A DNA stretch of 64,000 bases. Source: Bacillota bacterium. GTDB lineage: Bacteria > Bacillota > Desulfotomaculia > Desulfotomaculales > Nap2-2B. Made by a program: the position numbers and the translations under genes. Below, one piece after another: positions 48,146-57,849 of this stretch. Positions within the stretch are counted from its first letter, which is position 1. The number at the start of each line of letters is the position of its first letter. Below the pieces are notes generated by a model, which had not been told where the DNA came from, made no database searches, and saw nothing but the letters and a program-made list of their open reading frames with translations. The DNA is taken from positions 27,182 to 91,181 of the forward strand of contig JBFLZY010000002.1 of assembly GCA_040755975.1 (NCBI GenBank), in the 5' to 3' direction.

Positions 48146-50320
48146 TTGGTGTTGGAGATAACTTGTTTTACCGAGGCAGTAAATACACCGTCTACGGTGG
48201 AAGTTTTAAAGGACGGCGAGTTGTTTGTAACTTCCCAGCCTAACGGCGAAATATCCTGCACGTCCCATCCGGGCCTGGGCCTGTATTACCAGGACACCAG
48301 GTTTCTCAGTTGTTTAAAAATATACCTGGACAACCAGCCAACTGTTTTCCTTTCCTCTTCCATCAGGGAAAGTCACTTTGCGCAGTTTGAGCTCACCAAC
48401 CCTCCTTTGCCAAAAAGCGGTACGCTCGTTCCGGCGCAGACCCTGCACATCAGGATGCTGCGCGTCCTTGACGGCGCCCTTTTGCAACGGTTGCGGTTGA
48501 TTAACTTTAACTCGTGGCGGATGGATTTGCAACTGGAAGTGGAACTGGCGGCGGATTTTCTCGATATCTTTGAAATCCGCGGGTTTGCCAGAGGCTCCCG
48601 GGGGGAGTTGTACGCTCCCGCGCCAACTCCGGACGGCGTTCTTTTCAGTTACCGGGGGCTGGACGACGTCCGGCGGTACACCCTGGTTTCCTTTTTTCCT
48701 TACCCGGACGAGCTTAAAATAGACGGTTTGGCGGCCAGGACCAGGTTTTCTTTGAGCCTGCCGCCGGGCAAAAAAGTTTACCTGTACATGCAGGCCAGGC
48801 CGTTTGTCGGGAGAAGGCCGAGACCTTCTCCGGGAAAAGGAAAGTACGGGGTCAATACCGTTTTCCGCAAGGCGGTGAAAAGAAAATATCTCGGTTACCA
48901 GCAATGGAAAGAAGAGTGCACTTCTTTTGCCAGCGATAACCTGTTTATTGCCGAGATGCTCCAGCGCGCCATTACTGATCTCTATTCATTGCGCACCACC
49001 TATCCTCACCTGGGGACCATCGTTCAGGCCGGGGTACCCTGGTATGCAGCCCCTTTCGGCCGGGATGCCCTGATCGTCGGCTGGCAGACCCTGTTGATTA
49101 ATCCGGCCATCGCCGCCGAAACGTTGTATTTTCTTGCCGCTCTGCAGGGGAAAGAAGACAACCCCTGGCGCGATGAGGAGCCGGGGAAAATTTTGCACGA
49201 ACTAAGAAGGGGGGAACTGGCCTCCTGCGGGGAAATCCCCCACACCCCCTATTACGGAAGCGTAGACGCCACCCTCTGGTTTATTATTTTGTTGTCCGAA
49301 ACGTACCGCTGGACGGGCGACCGGGCTCTGCTGGAGAAACTTGCCCCCAACCTCGCTGCCGCTCTGCAGTGGTGCAGCGATTACGGGGATGCCGACGGGG
49401 ACGGCTTTATTGAATACGCCTGCCGCTCGGCGAAAGGTTTGCCGAACCAGGGGTGGAAGGATTCCTGGGACGGGGTCATCGACCTGGAAGGGAACATTCC
49501 TAAAGGGCCGATTGCCCTGGTGGAAGTGCAGGCGTATTATTACCTGGCGCTGCTGCGCGCAGCCGAGATGTTGCGTGCCCTGGACAGAAACGGGCCGGCC
49601 GGAGAGGCAGAAAACCTGGCGAAAAAGTTACGGGAGAAGTTTTTAAAGGCTTTCTGGCTGGAAGAGGAAAAATTTTTGGCCTTTGCCCTGGATGGCGATA
49701 AAAAACCGCTTACCACCCCCGTTTCCAATCCCGGGCACTGCCTGTTTACAGGTATATTACCGGACGAAATGGCCAAAACTGTCGCCAGGCGCTTGTTTAA
49801 GACCGATCTGTATTCGGGGTGGGGCATCCGGACGATGAGCAAAGCAGTCAAACCTTACAACCCGATGAGTTACCATAACGGCTCCGTTTGGCCCCACGAC
49901 AACGCCATCATTGCCTATGGCTTAAGGACCCTCAATTTATTTAATTTGCTGGAACAGGTAATTACCAATCTTTTTGAGGCCGCCATGTATTTCCCGTACC
50001 ACCGGCTGCCGGAAGTTTTCTGCGGTTTTACCCGGCGGCAGGAAGGCGGACCGGTCCTCTATCCCACCGCCTGCAATCCCCAGGCCTGGGCGGTAGGCAC
50101 CATTCCTCTGCTGGTTCAGATTATGCTGGGTATTTTCTGCCGCCGCCAGGAAGTACACATTTGCAAGCCGGTTCTTCCTCCCTGGATCGGCGAAATGGTT
50201 ATTCAAAATCTAAAGCTGAGTTCTGGTAAAGTCGACCTGGAGTTTACCCGCAAGCAGGGCAAGACGTACTGCGGCGTTTTAAAGACCACGGGGGAAGTGC
50301 GGGTGATTATTGAAACCTAG
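48146..50320 (+). CDS. amylo-alpha-1,6-glucosidase / glycogen-debranching-enzyme-like protein
   Basis: 724 aa. GDE N-terminal-type region plus an (alpha/alpha)6 C-terminal domain: PWYAAPFGRDALI, GWKDSWDG, YHNGSVWPHDNA. Confidence 0.8.
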   Translation: MVLEITCFTEAVNTPSTVEVLKDGELFVTSQPNGEISCTSHPGLGLYYQDTRFLSCLKIYLDNQPTVFLSSSIRESHFAQFELTNPPLPKSGTLVPAQTLHIRMLRVLDGALLQRLRLINFNSWRMDLQLEVELAADFLDIFEIRGFARGSRGELYAPAPTPDGVLFSYRGLDDVRRYTLVSFFPYPDELKIDGLAARTRFSLSLPPGKKVYLYMQARPFVGRRPRPSPGKGKYGVNTVFRKAVKRKYLGYQQWKEECTSFASDNLFIAEMLQRAITDLYSLRTTYPHLGTIVQAGVPWYAAPFGRDALIVGWQTLLINPAIAAETLYFLAALQGKEDNPWRDEEPGKILHELRRGELASCGEIPHTPYYGSVDATLWFIILLSETYRWTGDRALLEKLAPNLAAALQWCSDYGDADGDGFIEYACRSAKGLPNQGWKDSWDGVIDLEGNIPKGPIALVEVQAYYYLALLRAAEMLRALDRNGPAGEAENLAKKLREKFLKAFWLEEEKFLAFALDGDKKPLTTPVSNPGHCLFTGILPDEMAKTVARRLFKTDLYSGWGIRTMSKAVKPYNPMSYHNGSVWPHDNAIIAYGLRTLNLFNLLEQVITNLFEAAMYFPYHRLPEVFCGFTRRQEGGPVLYPTACNPQAWAVGTIPLLVQIMLGIFCRRQEVHICKPVLPPWIGEMVIQNLKLSSGKVDLEFTRKQGKTYCGVLKTTGEVRVIIET

Positions 50321-50410
50321 TTGAAGAAACCCGGTTAAAGAAGGAAAGCGGGCAGCAACGTCGAAGTAACTGAAAGGGTTTTGCGTCACTGTTCAGCGAA
50401 AGCCGGGAGT

Positions 50411-50450
50411 GAGCGGTGACCCGGCACTCACTGCTCGGTTTTTCTCTTTT
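50411..50450 (+). terminator. rho-independent terminator
   Basis: GAGCGGTGA (50411-19) pairs with TCACTGCTC (50428-36) with one G-U, followed by GGTTTTTCTCTTTT. Confidence 0.6.
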
Positions 50451-50577
50451 CGTCACGCATAATCATGAGCAAGAAAAAGCATCAGGGGAAATCAAGGGTA
50501 ACCATGTAAGTGCCGGGTTAACTGAATATGGACGGTTTCGTAATGTTTCCACGGTTAAAATTAAAGCTGGTGAGTTT

Positions 50578-51870
50578 ATGGATTTTGCCGTTGAACCTGC
50601 CCGTTCTATCCGGGGCATCGTCAGCGTGCCCGGGGACAAGTCGATTTCCCACCGCGCCGTGATGCTGGGGGCGCTGGCCAACGGGGACACCTATATAGAG
50701 AATTTTCTTCCCGGTGAAGATTGCCTGGCCACCGTGCGCTGCTTTCAGGAGCTGGGGGTAAAATTTACCGGCCCCACCGAAGAAGGCGTCCTGATCGTTC
50801 ACGGGCGCGGGCCGGATGCGCTGCACGAGCCGGCCGATGTGCTGGACGCAGCCAATTCCGGCACCACCATCCGCCTGCTGACCGGAATCCTGGCCGGGCT
50901 GCCTTTTTTTAGCGTAGTCACCGGCGACGAATCCTTAAGGCGCAGGCCCATGGGGAGGGTTGCGGGGCCCCTTCAAGAAATGGGCGCCGTCATCTGGGGG
51001 CGCCGGGGCGGGGAGTTCGCCCCCCTGGCCATCCGGGGAGGCAACCTGCGCGGCATTCGCTACCGGCTGCCGGTGGCCAGCGCGCAGGTAAAATCGGCGG
51101 TCCTGCTGGCGGGTCTGCTCGCCCGGGGAGAAACTGTGGTTGTCGAACCGGCAGCTTCCCGGGACCACACGGAGCGTATGTTGCAATATTTCGGCGCCGA
51201 GCTGAAGATTGCGGGCGACAGCATTTCCATAAAGGGCGGCCAGCAGCTGACGGGGCGGCGGCTTACCGTTCCCGGCGACATTTCCTCGGCGGCTTTTTTA
51301 TTGGTGGCCGCCGCCTGCACGCCGGATTCCGACCTTACCATCACCGGGGTGGGCGTAAATCCCACGCGCACCGGGGTTTTGGATGTCTTGAGACAGATGG
51401 GGGCCAACCTGGAATTATTGAACAGGCGGGAAATCAGCGGGGAACCGGTGGCCGACCTGCGCATGCGCAGTTCTTCGCTCAAAGGTACGGTTATTGCCGG
51501 GGAGTTGATCCCCCGCCTGGTTGACGAGGTGCCCGCGCTGGCCGTGGCGGGGGCCGTGGCCGACGGCGAGACGGTCATCCGGGACGCGGCCGAGTTGAAA
51601 GTTAAAGAAAGTGATCGGCTGGCCGTTTTAACGAAGGAGTTGCGAAAATTTAATGCAGATCTTGAAGAACTCCCGGACGGCCTGATCATCAGGGGCGGGC
51701 GCCCGCTGCAGGGGGCCGTCTGCCGCAGCCACGGGGATCACCGCATCGCCATGGCCATGGCGGTAGCCGGCCTGGTGGCCCGGGGGCAAACGGTGGTACA
51801 GGACGCCGGCTGCGTGGCGGTTTCTTTCCCCGGTTTTGCCAGCGTACTGAATTCCTTGCGGAAGAAATAA
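50578..51870 (+). CDS. aroA: 3-phosphoshikimate 1-carboxyvinyltransferase
   Basis: ORF 50416-51870; ATG 50578 gives MDFAVEP...VPGDKSISHR. Also NSGTTIRLL and KESDR. Confidence 0.9.
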   Translation: MDFAVEPARSIRGIVSVPGDKSISHRAVMLGALANGDTYIENFLPGEDCLATVRCFQELGVKFTGPTEEGVLIVHGRGPDALHEPADVLDAANSGTTIRLLTGILAGLPFFSVVTGDESLRRRPMGRVAGPLQEMGAVIWGRRGGEFAPLAIRGGNLRGIRYRLPVASAQVKSAVLLAGLLARGETVVVEPAASRDHTERMLQYFGAELKIAGDSISIKGGQQLTGRRLTVPGDISSAAFLLVAAACTPDSDLTITGVGVNPTRTGVLDVLRQMGANLELLNRREISGEPVADLRMRSSSLKGTVIAGELIPRLVDEVPALAVAGAVADGETVIRDAAELKVKESDRLAVLTKELRKFNADLEELPDGLIIRGGRPLQGAVCRSHGDHRIAMAMAVAGLVARGQTVVQDAGCVAVSFPGFASVLNSLRKK

Positions 51871-51989
51871 CAAGTTTCATCCGGGTAGCGCATGGTTATT
51901 GAAAACTTTTAAAAAATAGGGTTCAAGGGATGACAGGGGCGGAGATTTGCGGTAAAATAAATGAGGTTAAAGAGGGAAAACGGGCAGAG

Positions 51990-52667
51990 ATGTCGAAAAG
52001 AATTTACATAACCATCGACGGTCCTGCCGGGGCCGGAAAAAGTACGGTGGCCAGAATGCTGGCCAGGCGTTTGGGATTTAGTTACCTGGACACGGGCGCC
52101 ATGTACCGGGCGGTTACATTAAAGGCTCTGCGCTCCGGGGTTGACCTGGCCGACGAGGCGGTTCTGACCAGGCTGGCGTCCTCGATAAATATGCATTTGA
52201 CCACCGATCCCGTTGAAATTACGCGGGTGTTTTTGGATGGGGAAGACGTCACCCGCGAAATCAGGTCTGTTGCCGTTACCCAAAATGTTTCCCTGGTGGC
52301 GCGCGCTCCCGGCGTAAGGAGGGCGATGGTGCGCCGGCAAAGGGAACTGGCGGGCGGCGGGGACGCAGTGATTGAAGGCCGGGACGCCGGGACGGTCATT
52401 TTCCCGGAAGCGCAGTTTAAGTTTTTTCTCACGGCTTCTGAAGAGGAGCGGGCCAGGCGGCGCCAGGCGGACTTTGGCAGCGCGGGCCGGAACGTGCCTT
52501 TAGCCCGGTTGCGGGCGGAAATCCGGGCGCGCGATCAGCTGGACAGCTCCCGGGAAGTCGCCCCCTTGCGGCCGGCCCCTGATGCCCAGGTAATTGATTG
52601 TTCCCGGCTGAGCGCCGAAGAGGTTGTGGAGTTGATTTTAAGCCGGGTCAGGGGAAAAATAAGTTAA
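51990..52667 (+). CDS. cmk: cytidylate kinase
   Basis: ORF 51930-52667; the ATG 51990 product starts MSKRIYITIDGPAGAGKST. Confidence 0.9.
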   Translation: MSKRIYITIDGPAGAGKSTVARMLARRLGFSYLDTGAMYRAVTLKALRSGVDLADEAVLTRLASSINMHLTTDPVEITRVFLDGEDVTREIRSVAVTQNVSLVARAPGVRRAMVRRQRELAGGGDAVIEGRDAGTVIFPEAQFKFFLTASEEERARRRQADFGSAGRNVPLARLRAEIRARDQLDSSREVAPLRPAPDAQVIDCSRLSAEEVVELILSRVRGKIS

Positions 52668-53251
52668 TGTTTTACCGTTTCGCCAGGGCCTTTTGCCGTT
52701 TTTTGTTGTTTGCTTTACGCCGCTGGCAGGTTTCCGGAAAGGAAAACGTTCCGCCGGACGGGGGTTTGATCGTGGCGAGCAATCACGTCAGTTACTGGGA
52801 CCCCGTCGCTGTGGGTTGCGCCCTGCCGCGGAAAGTATTTTTTATGGCCAAGGCCGAGCTGTTTGCGCTCCCCGTGCTGGGGCCGGCCATTTCCAGCCTG
52901 GGTGCCTTTCCGGTATACCGGTCGGGTTCCGACGCCAGGGCCATCAAGAAGGCGCTGGCGCTCCTCCGGCGGGGACAGGTGGTCGGGATTTTTCCGGAAG
53001 GTACCAGAAGCCACACCGGTCAATTGTTGCCCCCGCACGTAGGCGCGGCCATGCTGGCGTTGCACGGCCGGGTTCCCGTGCTGCCGGTGGCGTTAATCGG
53101 CACCCGGGGAGTCTTTGGCCGGGTAAGGGTGGTTATTGGCAGACCCTTGGAGTTTTCCGGCGCAGGGGCAGAAAAGAGCAAGGAGCAGTATCAAACGGTG
53201 GCTGCGGCCATCATGCGGGAAATTGCCAGCTTAATGGATAAAGAGCGGTGA
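52667..53251 (+). CDS. plsC: 1-acyl-sn-glycerol-3-phosphate acyltransferase
   Basis: ATG overlaps the cmk stop (TAATG). Motifs NHVSYWDP (HX4D) and FPEGTRS. Confidence 0.85.
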   Translation: MFYRFARAFCRFLLFALRRWQVSGKENVPPDGGLIVASNHVSYWDPVAVGCALPRKVFFMAKAELFALPVLGPAISSLGAFPVYRSGSDARAIKKALALLRRGQVVGIFPEGTRSHTGQLLPPHVGAAMLALHGRVPVLPVALIGTRGVFGRVRVVIGRPLEFSGAGAEKSKEQYQTVAAAIMREIASLMDKER

Positions 53252-55510
53252 TTGGTGTTGAAAGTTATTCTGGCCAGGGGCGCGGGTTTTTGTTTCGGCG
53301 TTACCCGCGCCGTCGCTCTGGCCAAGGAAAGCGCGCAAGGGAAAGACAGAAAAGTTTATACGTTAGGGCCCCTCATTCACAACCCGCAAGTGGTTGCAGA
53401 GCTGGAAAAAGAAGGGGTTGAAAAAATAGAACAGCTCGCGCAGGCTCCCCCGGGGGCAACCATAATTATTCCTGCCCACGGGGTCGGGCCGGACGTTTTG
53501 GCCCTGATCAAAGAAAGAGGTTATTCCTTTGTAGATGCTACCTGCCCTTTCGTGCGCAAAGCGCAGGGGCTGGCCGGCGATTTGAGCGCCCGGGGGTACC
53601 AGGTGGTAATTGTTGGTGATCGCGAGCATCCGGAAGTAAAGGGTATAATGGGCTGTACGAAAGGGCGGGCCGTGGTAGTGGAAGGACCGGGCGAGGCCGA
53701 ATCTCTTTCCTGCATGCCGAAAGTGGCCGTTTTAGCTCAGACAACGCAGCCCTTGGCCAACTTCCAGGCGGTTGTGGATGTTCTTCAGAAAAAGGCAGGC
53801 AACCTGGAAGTATACAATACCATCTGCCATGCCACCAGCTTGCGGCAGGAGGCTGTTTTAAAACTGGCCCGGGAAGTGGAGGCCATGGTGGTGGTAGGGG
53901 GCGCGAACAGCGCCAACACCCGGCGGCTGGCCGAATTGAGCCGGGAGGCGGGTACTCCTGCCTACCAGGTGGAAACTGCCGGAGAACTGAACCCGGCCTG
54001 GTTTGCCGGGGTCAGAGTAGCCGGCCTGACCGCGGGAGCATCGACGCCGCACTGGATTGTAGAGGAGGTTCAAAGACAGATGAAGGAGTTGGGTGAAGTG
54101 ACCGAAGCACAAGGAACTATGGCGGAAGAAAAAGAAACGGCAGCTACCGGCATTACGGAAGGAGCAAGGGAGAGCCTGGCCGGCGTGCCCGAAGAGGCGG
54201 GCGCGCCGCAGGAGGCAGGAGCGCCGGAAGAAGCCGGCGCAGCTCCGGAAGAAGCTGTTGCGCTGGAAGAAGCAAACGCTCCTGAAGATTTGGAGACCGG
54301 CGCGGAGCCGGAAAAAACCCCCGGGCCCGAGCAAACTTCGGCACCCGAAAAATCTTCCGAAGAACAAATGAAAGAAGCCGTCGAGGTCCGCGCCTTACGC
54401 CCCGGACAGGTGGTTAAGGGGGTAGTGGTGCAGGTAAACGACGACGAGGTGCTGGTCGATGTGGGGGCAAAATCAGAAGGGGTTGTTCCCTTACGCGAAC
54501 TTTCTGCTTTTGAAATTACTTCCCCCCAGGAGATTGTTCAGGTGGGAGATGAAATAGAAGTCGTCGTCGTGAAAGTGGAGGACAACGAAGGCCGGCTGCT
54601 TCTTTCGAAAGCACGGGCGGACATCCGCAAGGCCTGGGTTGAGTTACAGGAGCACATGGAAAACGGCGAGCCCGTGGAGGGTATTGTGCGGGAAGTGGTG
54701 AAAGGCGGCCTGCTGGTGGATGTGGGTCTGCGGGCTTTTCTGCCGGCTTCGCTGGTGGAAAAGAGCTACGTGGAGGACTTAAACGCCTACCTGGGAAGAA
54801 CGGTAAAAGCCAAGGTTATTGAGCTGAACAGGAGCAAGAGAAAAGCCATTCTTTCCCGCAAAGCCGTACTGGAGGAGGAACTGGTCAGGCAGCGCAAGGA
54901 AGTTTTCGCCGGCCTTCAGGAAGGGCAGGTAGTCAAGGGGGTTGTCCGGAGGCTGACCAGCTTCGGTGCTTTTGTGGATATCGGCGGGGTGGACGGCCTG
55001 TTGCATATTTCCGAGATGGCCTGGTACCGGATTAATCATCCCTCCGATGTACTGAAAGTAGGGGACGAAATAGAAGTGATGGTTCTGCGGGTGGACCCGG
55101 AAAATGAGAAAATTTCCCTGGGTTTGAAGCAGGTTCTGCCCAACCCGTGGGATCAGGTGGAGGAAAAATACCCCGTAGGAAGCATCGTGAAAGCGAGGGT
55201 CGTCCGGCTGGCTTCGTTCGGCGCTTTCGTCCAGCTGGAGCCCGGCGTGGAGGGACTCGTCCACATTTCTCACCTGGCCGACTACCACGTGGGCACCCCC
55301 GATGAAGTGGTCCAGGAAGGAGAAGAGATCGCGGTCAAAGTTTTGCACGTCGATCCCGCGGAAAAACGCATTCGCCTCTCCATGCGGGAAGCCAACTACG
55401 AAGCGCGCAAGCAAAGAAACCAGAAACCCCGGTCCAAAGAGAATAACGGCAACGTAACCATTGGGGAGGTAGTGGGGGATATTTTAGAAGAAACAAAGAG
55501 TAATCTGTAG
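53252..55510 (+). CDS. ispH: bifunctional 4-hydroxy-3-methylbut-2-enyl diphosphate reductase (IspH/LytB) fused to ribosomal protein S1 repeats
   Basis: N-terminal GFCFGV...HNPQVV IspH domain, an acidic Ala/Pro/Glu linker, then four S1 OB-fold repeats (GxVxG.V...FGAFV). Confidence 0.9.
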   Translation: MVLKVILARGAGFCFGVTRAVALAKESAQGKDRKVYTLGPLIHNPQVVAELEKEGVEKIEQLAQAPPGATIIIPAHGVGPDVLALIKERGYSFVDATCPFVRKAQGLAGDLSARGYQVVIVGDREHPEVKGIMGCTKGRAVVVEGPGEAESLSCMPKVAVLAQTTQPLANFQAVVDVLQKKAGNLEVYNTICHATSLRQEAVLKLAREVEAMVVVGGANSANTRRLAELSREAGTPAYQVETAGELNPAWFAGVRVAGLTAGASTPHWIVEEVQRQMKELGEVTEAQGTMAEEKETAATGITEGARESLAGVPEEAGAPQEAGAPEEAGAAPEEAVALEEANAPEDLETGAEPEKTPGPEQTSAPEKSSEEQMKEAVEVRALRPGQVVKGVVVQVNDDEVLVDVGAKSEGVVPLRELSAFEITSPQEIVQVGDEIEVVVVKVEDNEGRLLLSKARADIRKAWVELQEHMENGEPVEGIVREVVKGGLLVDVGLRAFLPASLVEKSYVEDLNAYLGRTVKAKVIELNRSKRKAILSRKAVLEEELVRQRKEVFAGLQEGQVVKGVVRRLTSFGAFVDIGGVDGLLHISEMAWYRINHPSDVLKVGDEIEVMVLRVDPENEKISLGLKQVLPNPWDQVEEKYPVGSIVKARVVRLASFGAFVQLEPGVEGLVHISHLADYHVGTPDEVVQEGEEIAVKVLHVDPAEKRIRLSMREANYEARKQRNQKPRSKENNGNVTIGEVVGDILEETKSNL

Positions 55511-55544
55511 TTACCCGGGCACGATAACATTGCTTAATTTCCAT

Positions 55545-55575
55545 AAACGGCAGAAAAGCCGTTTTTTTATTTTTG
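55545..55575 (+). terminator. rho-independent terminator
   Basis: AAACGGC, loop agaaaa, GCCGTTT, followed by TTTTATTTTT. Confidence 0.8.
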
Positions 55576-55790
55576 GACCCTATGCCGCTTTTTCGCGGCA
55601 CCGGCAGCGGACGCCCGGCACTTAAGCAAAAACGAGCTTTTTGCTTTCTGTTGATTGGAGCCAAATTCATAAAACACTATAAAATTACGTAAAGGCTGAG
55701 TGCCGGGCGGGAGCGACATAGGCTGAGGTGGTATATTTTTTTGCTGGAAGGGCAGTCTAAAAGCAAAGTTTTGGGGTAGGAGGGCAATAG

Positions 55791-56552
55791 ATGACGCGCT
55801 TTCCCATCGGTTTGATTATTCTAGTGCTTATTTCCATCTTGATTTTTTTCGGTTTGGCCCACCGTGCTCTTGACCGGATGCGCTTAACCGACCGCGCCGC
55901 GCTTTTTGTGATTGCGGCGATGATTATTGGCAGCTTTATCGACATTCCGCTGCCCGGAGGGCGCTATCCGGTCAGCGTCAACGTTGGCGGAGCCATTGTT
56001 CCGGTGGGCCTGGCCGCGTACCTGCTGGTCAAGGCCGGCACCCGCCGGGAGTGGGTGCGGGCGCTGGGTGCGTCGGTAGTGACTGCCCTGGCCATTTTTG
56101 TCGTCGGCTCGCTGCTGCAGACGGGAGATCCCCGGGGCAGATTTGAATTTCTGGACGCGCTCTGGGTTTATCCCCTGGTCGCCGGCGTCGTGGCGGCGCT
56201 GGCCGGGCGCTCCCGCCGCTCGGCTTTTATTGCCGCCACGCTGGGCGTGCTTTTCCTGGACATCGGCTACTACTTCTGGCTGCTGTTCCGGGGTGCTCCC
56301 GCCGGCCGCGTCTTAATCGGCGGCGCAGGGGTTTTTGACGCCATCGTGGTGGCCGGGGTGCTGGCCATTTTAATTACGGAGATCATCGGCGAGGTGCGCG
56401 AGCGCCTGCAGGGCGGACCGGCGCACCGGGGGAGGCCGGAAGAGTTGCTGGAAGGGCTGCGTAAACCGCTGGTTGCCGGGGAGCGGGAAGTTGGCGACCG
56501 GGGAGCGGCCGAGGGACAGGGAGGTGCTGGGGATGAAGAAGGCGAGAAATAA
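55791..56552 (+). CDS. DUF1614-type integral membrane protein
   Basis: Polytopic. The N-terminus MTRFPIGLIILVLISILIFFGLAHRALDRMRL resembles DUF1614 members as I recall them. Overlaps the spoIIP start. Confidence 0.6.
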   Translation: MTRFPIGLIILVLISILIFFGLAHRALDRMRLTDRAALFVIAAMIIGSFIDIPLPGGRYPVSVNVGGAIVPVGLAAYLLVKAGTRREWVRALGASVVTALAIFVVGSLLQTGDPRGRFEFLDALWVYPLVAGVVAALAGRSRRSAFIAATLGVLFLDIGYYFWLLFRGAPAGRVLIGGAGVFDAIVVAGVLAILITEIIGEVRERLQGGPAHRGRPEELLEGLRKPLVAGEREVGDRGAAEGQGGAGDEEGEK

Positions 56553-57744
56553 AGTTTTCATCGGTTTGGGATTGTTGGCCGTCGGCGTATTTCTTATGGT
56601 TTTCTGGGGCGCGGCGAGAACGTCGTTGCCGGCGGTGAGCCTGCCCGGCATTTGGAAAAACCTCGAGGATGAACTGCAGGTGGGCAGAGCCTGCACAATC
56701 CGGGACGAAAAAGGCAACCTGGTAACCATGATTTCCCGCCGGGTGCGTCCGGGGGACGAGGTGATTACCGCGGAAGGAAAACACTACCGCGTTCAAAAAG
56801 CGGCCGGCGATGAAGCAGTGGCCCGGCTGCTGGGGATGGACCGGGATCTTTTGGCTTACCAGGAACTTTTTTCGCAAATGGAAATACCGGCGGCGAAGAT
56901 GGCCTGGAGCACCCGCCCGGTGGCCATTTACCACACGCACAGCGACGAATCTTACAAGCCCTCGGACGGAAGCGACTCAATTCCTTTCCGGGGCGGCATC
57001 TTTCAGGTAGGCGATTCCTATTCCAGCCAGCTTTCCCGCAAAGGATCGCGGGTTCTGCACGACAAAACCCCGCACGATCCCCACGACGACAACGCCTATT
57101 ACCGGTCGCGCCGGACGGCGGCCCAACTGCTGAAAAAGAATCCCATTGCCATTTTTGACGTCCACCGCGACGGCGTTGAAGACGCGGGGTTCTACCGGCG
57201 GGTCATCTCCAACCAGGACGTTGCCCAAACGCGCCTCGTGGTGGGCAGGGAAAACCCGCGCATGTCGGCCAACCTGGACTTTGCCCGGCGGCTGATGGCC
57301 TACGCCAATAAGATGCACTGGCCGATCGCGAAAGAGATCTTTATCGGCCAGGGGAACTATAACCAGGATCTCATGCCGACCGCGCTTTTAATTGAAGCGG
57401 GCACCTATACCAATAGAAAGGAAGAAGCGATGCGCGGCATCGCCCAGCTGGCCGACGCGGTGCCGGTGGTGCTGGGCATTACCGGACCCTCCAGCCGGCC
57501 GGGGGCCCCGGAATTCGGCAAGCCCGTGACCGACCCTACGGCCCGGCAAAGCGGCGGCTGGGCGGCGCTGGCCTGGATTATCATCATCACAATCATCGGC
57601 GGAGGTGCATTTCTGGTGATCAGTTCAGGAGGCTGGAGCAAAGCGAAAGACCGCCTGCGGTACTTCTTCGGGCGGGAATTTGCCAATTTCCTGGGGCCGC
57701 GACTGAAGAAGATCACCTGGAAAAAAGATCCGGAAGAGAAATAG
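56533..57744 (+). CDS. spoIIP: stage II sporulation protein P
   Basis: ORF 56473-57744; ATG 56533 follows GGAGGTG. N-terminal TM, the AIYHTHSDESY signature, and FDVHRDG. Confidence 0.85.
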   Translation: MKKARNKVFIGLGLLAVGVFLMVFWGAARTSLPAVSLPGIWKNLEDELQVGRACTIRDEKGNLVTMISRRVRPGDEVITAEGKHYRVQKAAGDEAVARLLGMDRDLLAYQELFSQMEIPAAKMAWSTRPVAIYHTHSDESYKPSDGSDSIPFRGGIFQVGDSYSSQLSRKGSRVLHDKTPHDPHDDNAYYRSRRTAAQLLKKNPIAIFDVHRDGVEDAGFYRRVISNQDVAQTRLVVGRENPRMSANLDFARRLMAYANKMHWPIAKEIFIGQGNYNQDLMPTALLIEAGTYTNRKEEAMRGIAQLADAVPVVLGITGPSSRPGAPEFGKPVTDPTARQSGGWAALAWIIIITIIGGGAFLVISSGGWSKAKDRLRYFFGREFANFLGPRLKKITWKKDPEEK

Positions 57745-57849
57745 CGGGCCTTTGGACGAGCACCGAAAAAGCGTCCGGGAAGCAAAAAAGCAACAAGGAA
57801 AGCGGCGCGCCGGTGCGGTCCAGAGGGGGAGCCGAGGTGATCATCCGGG

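Noticed and set aside
54100-54375. Short tandem repeats checked as a possible CRISPR or minisatellite array.
   Set aside because: They are in frame inside the ispH::S1 CDS, encode the PEEAGA-type linker, and have no spacer/repeat architecture. No cas genes are in the window.
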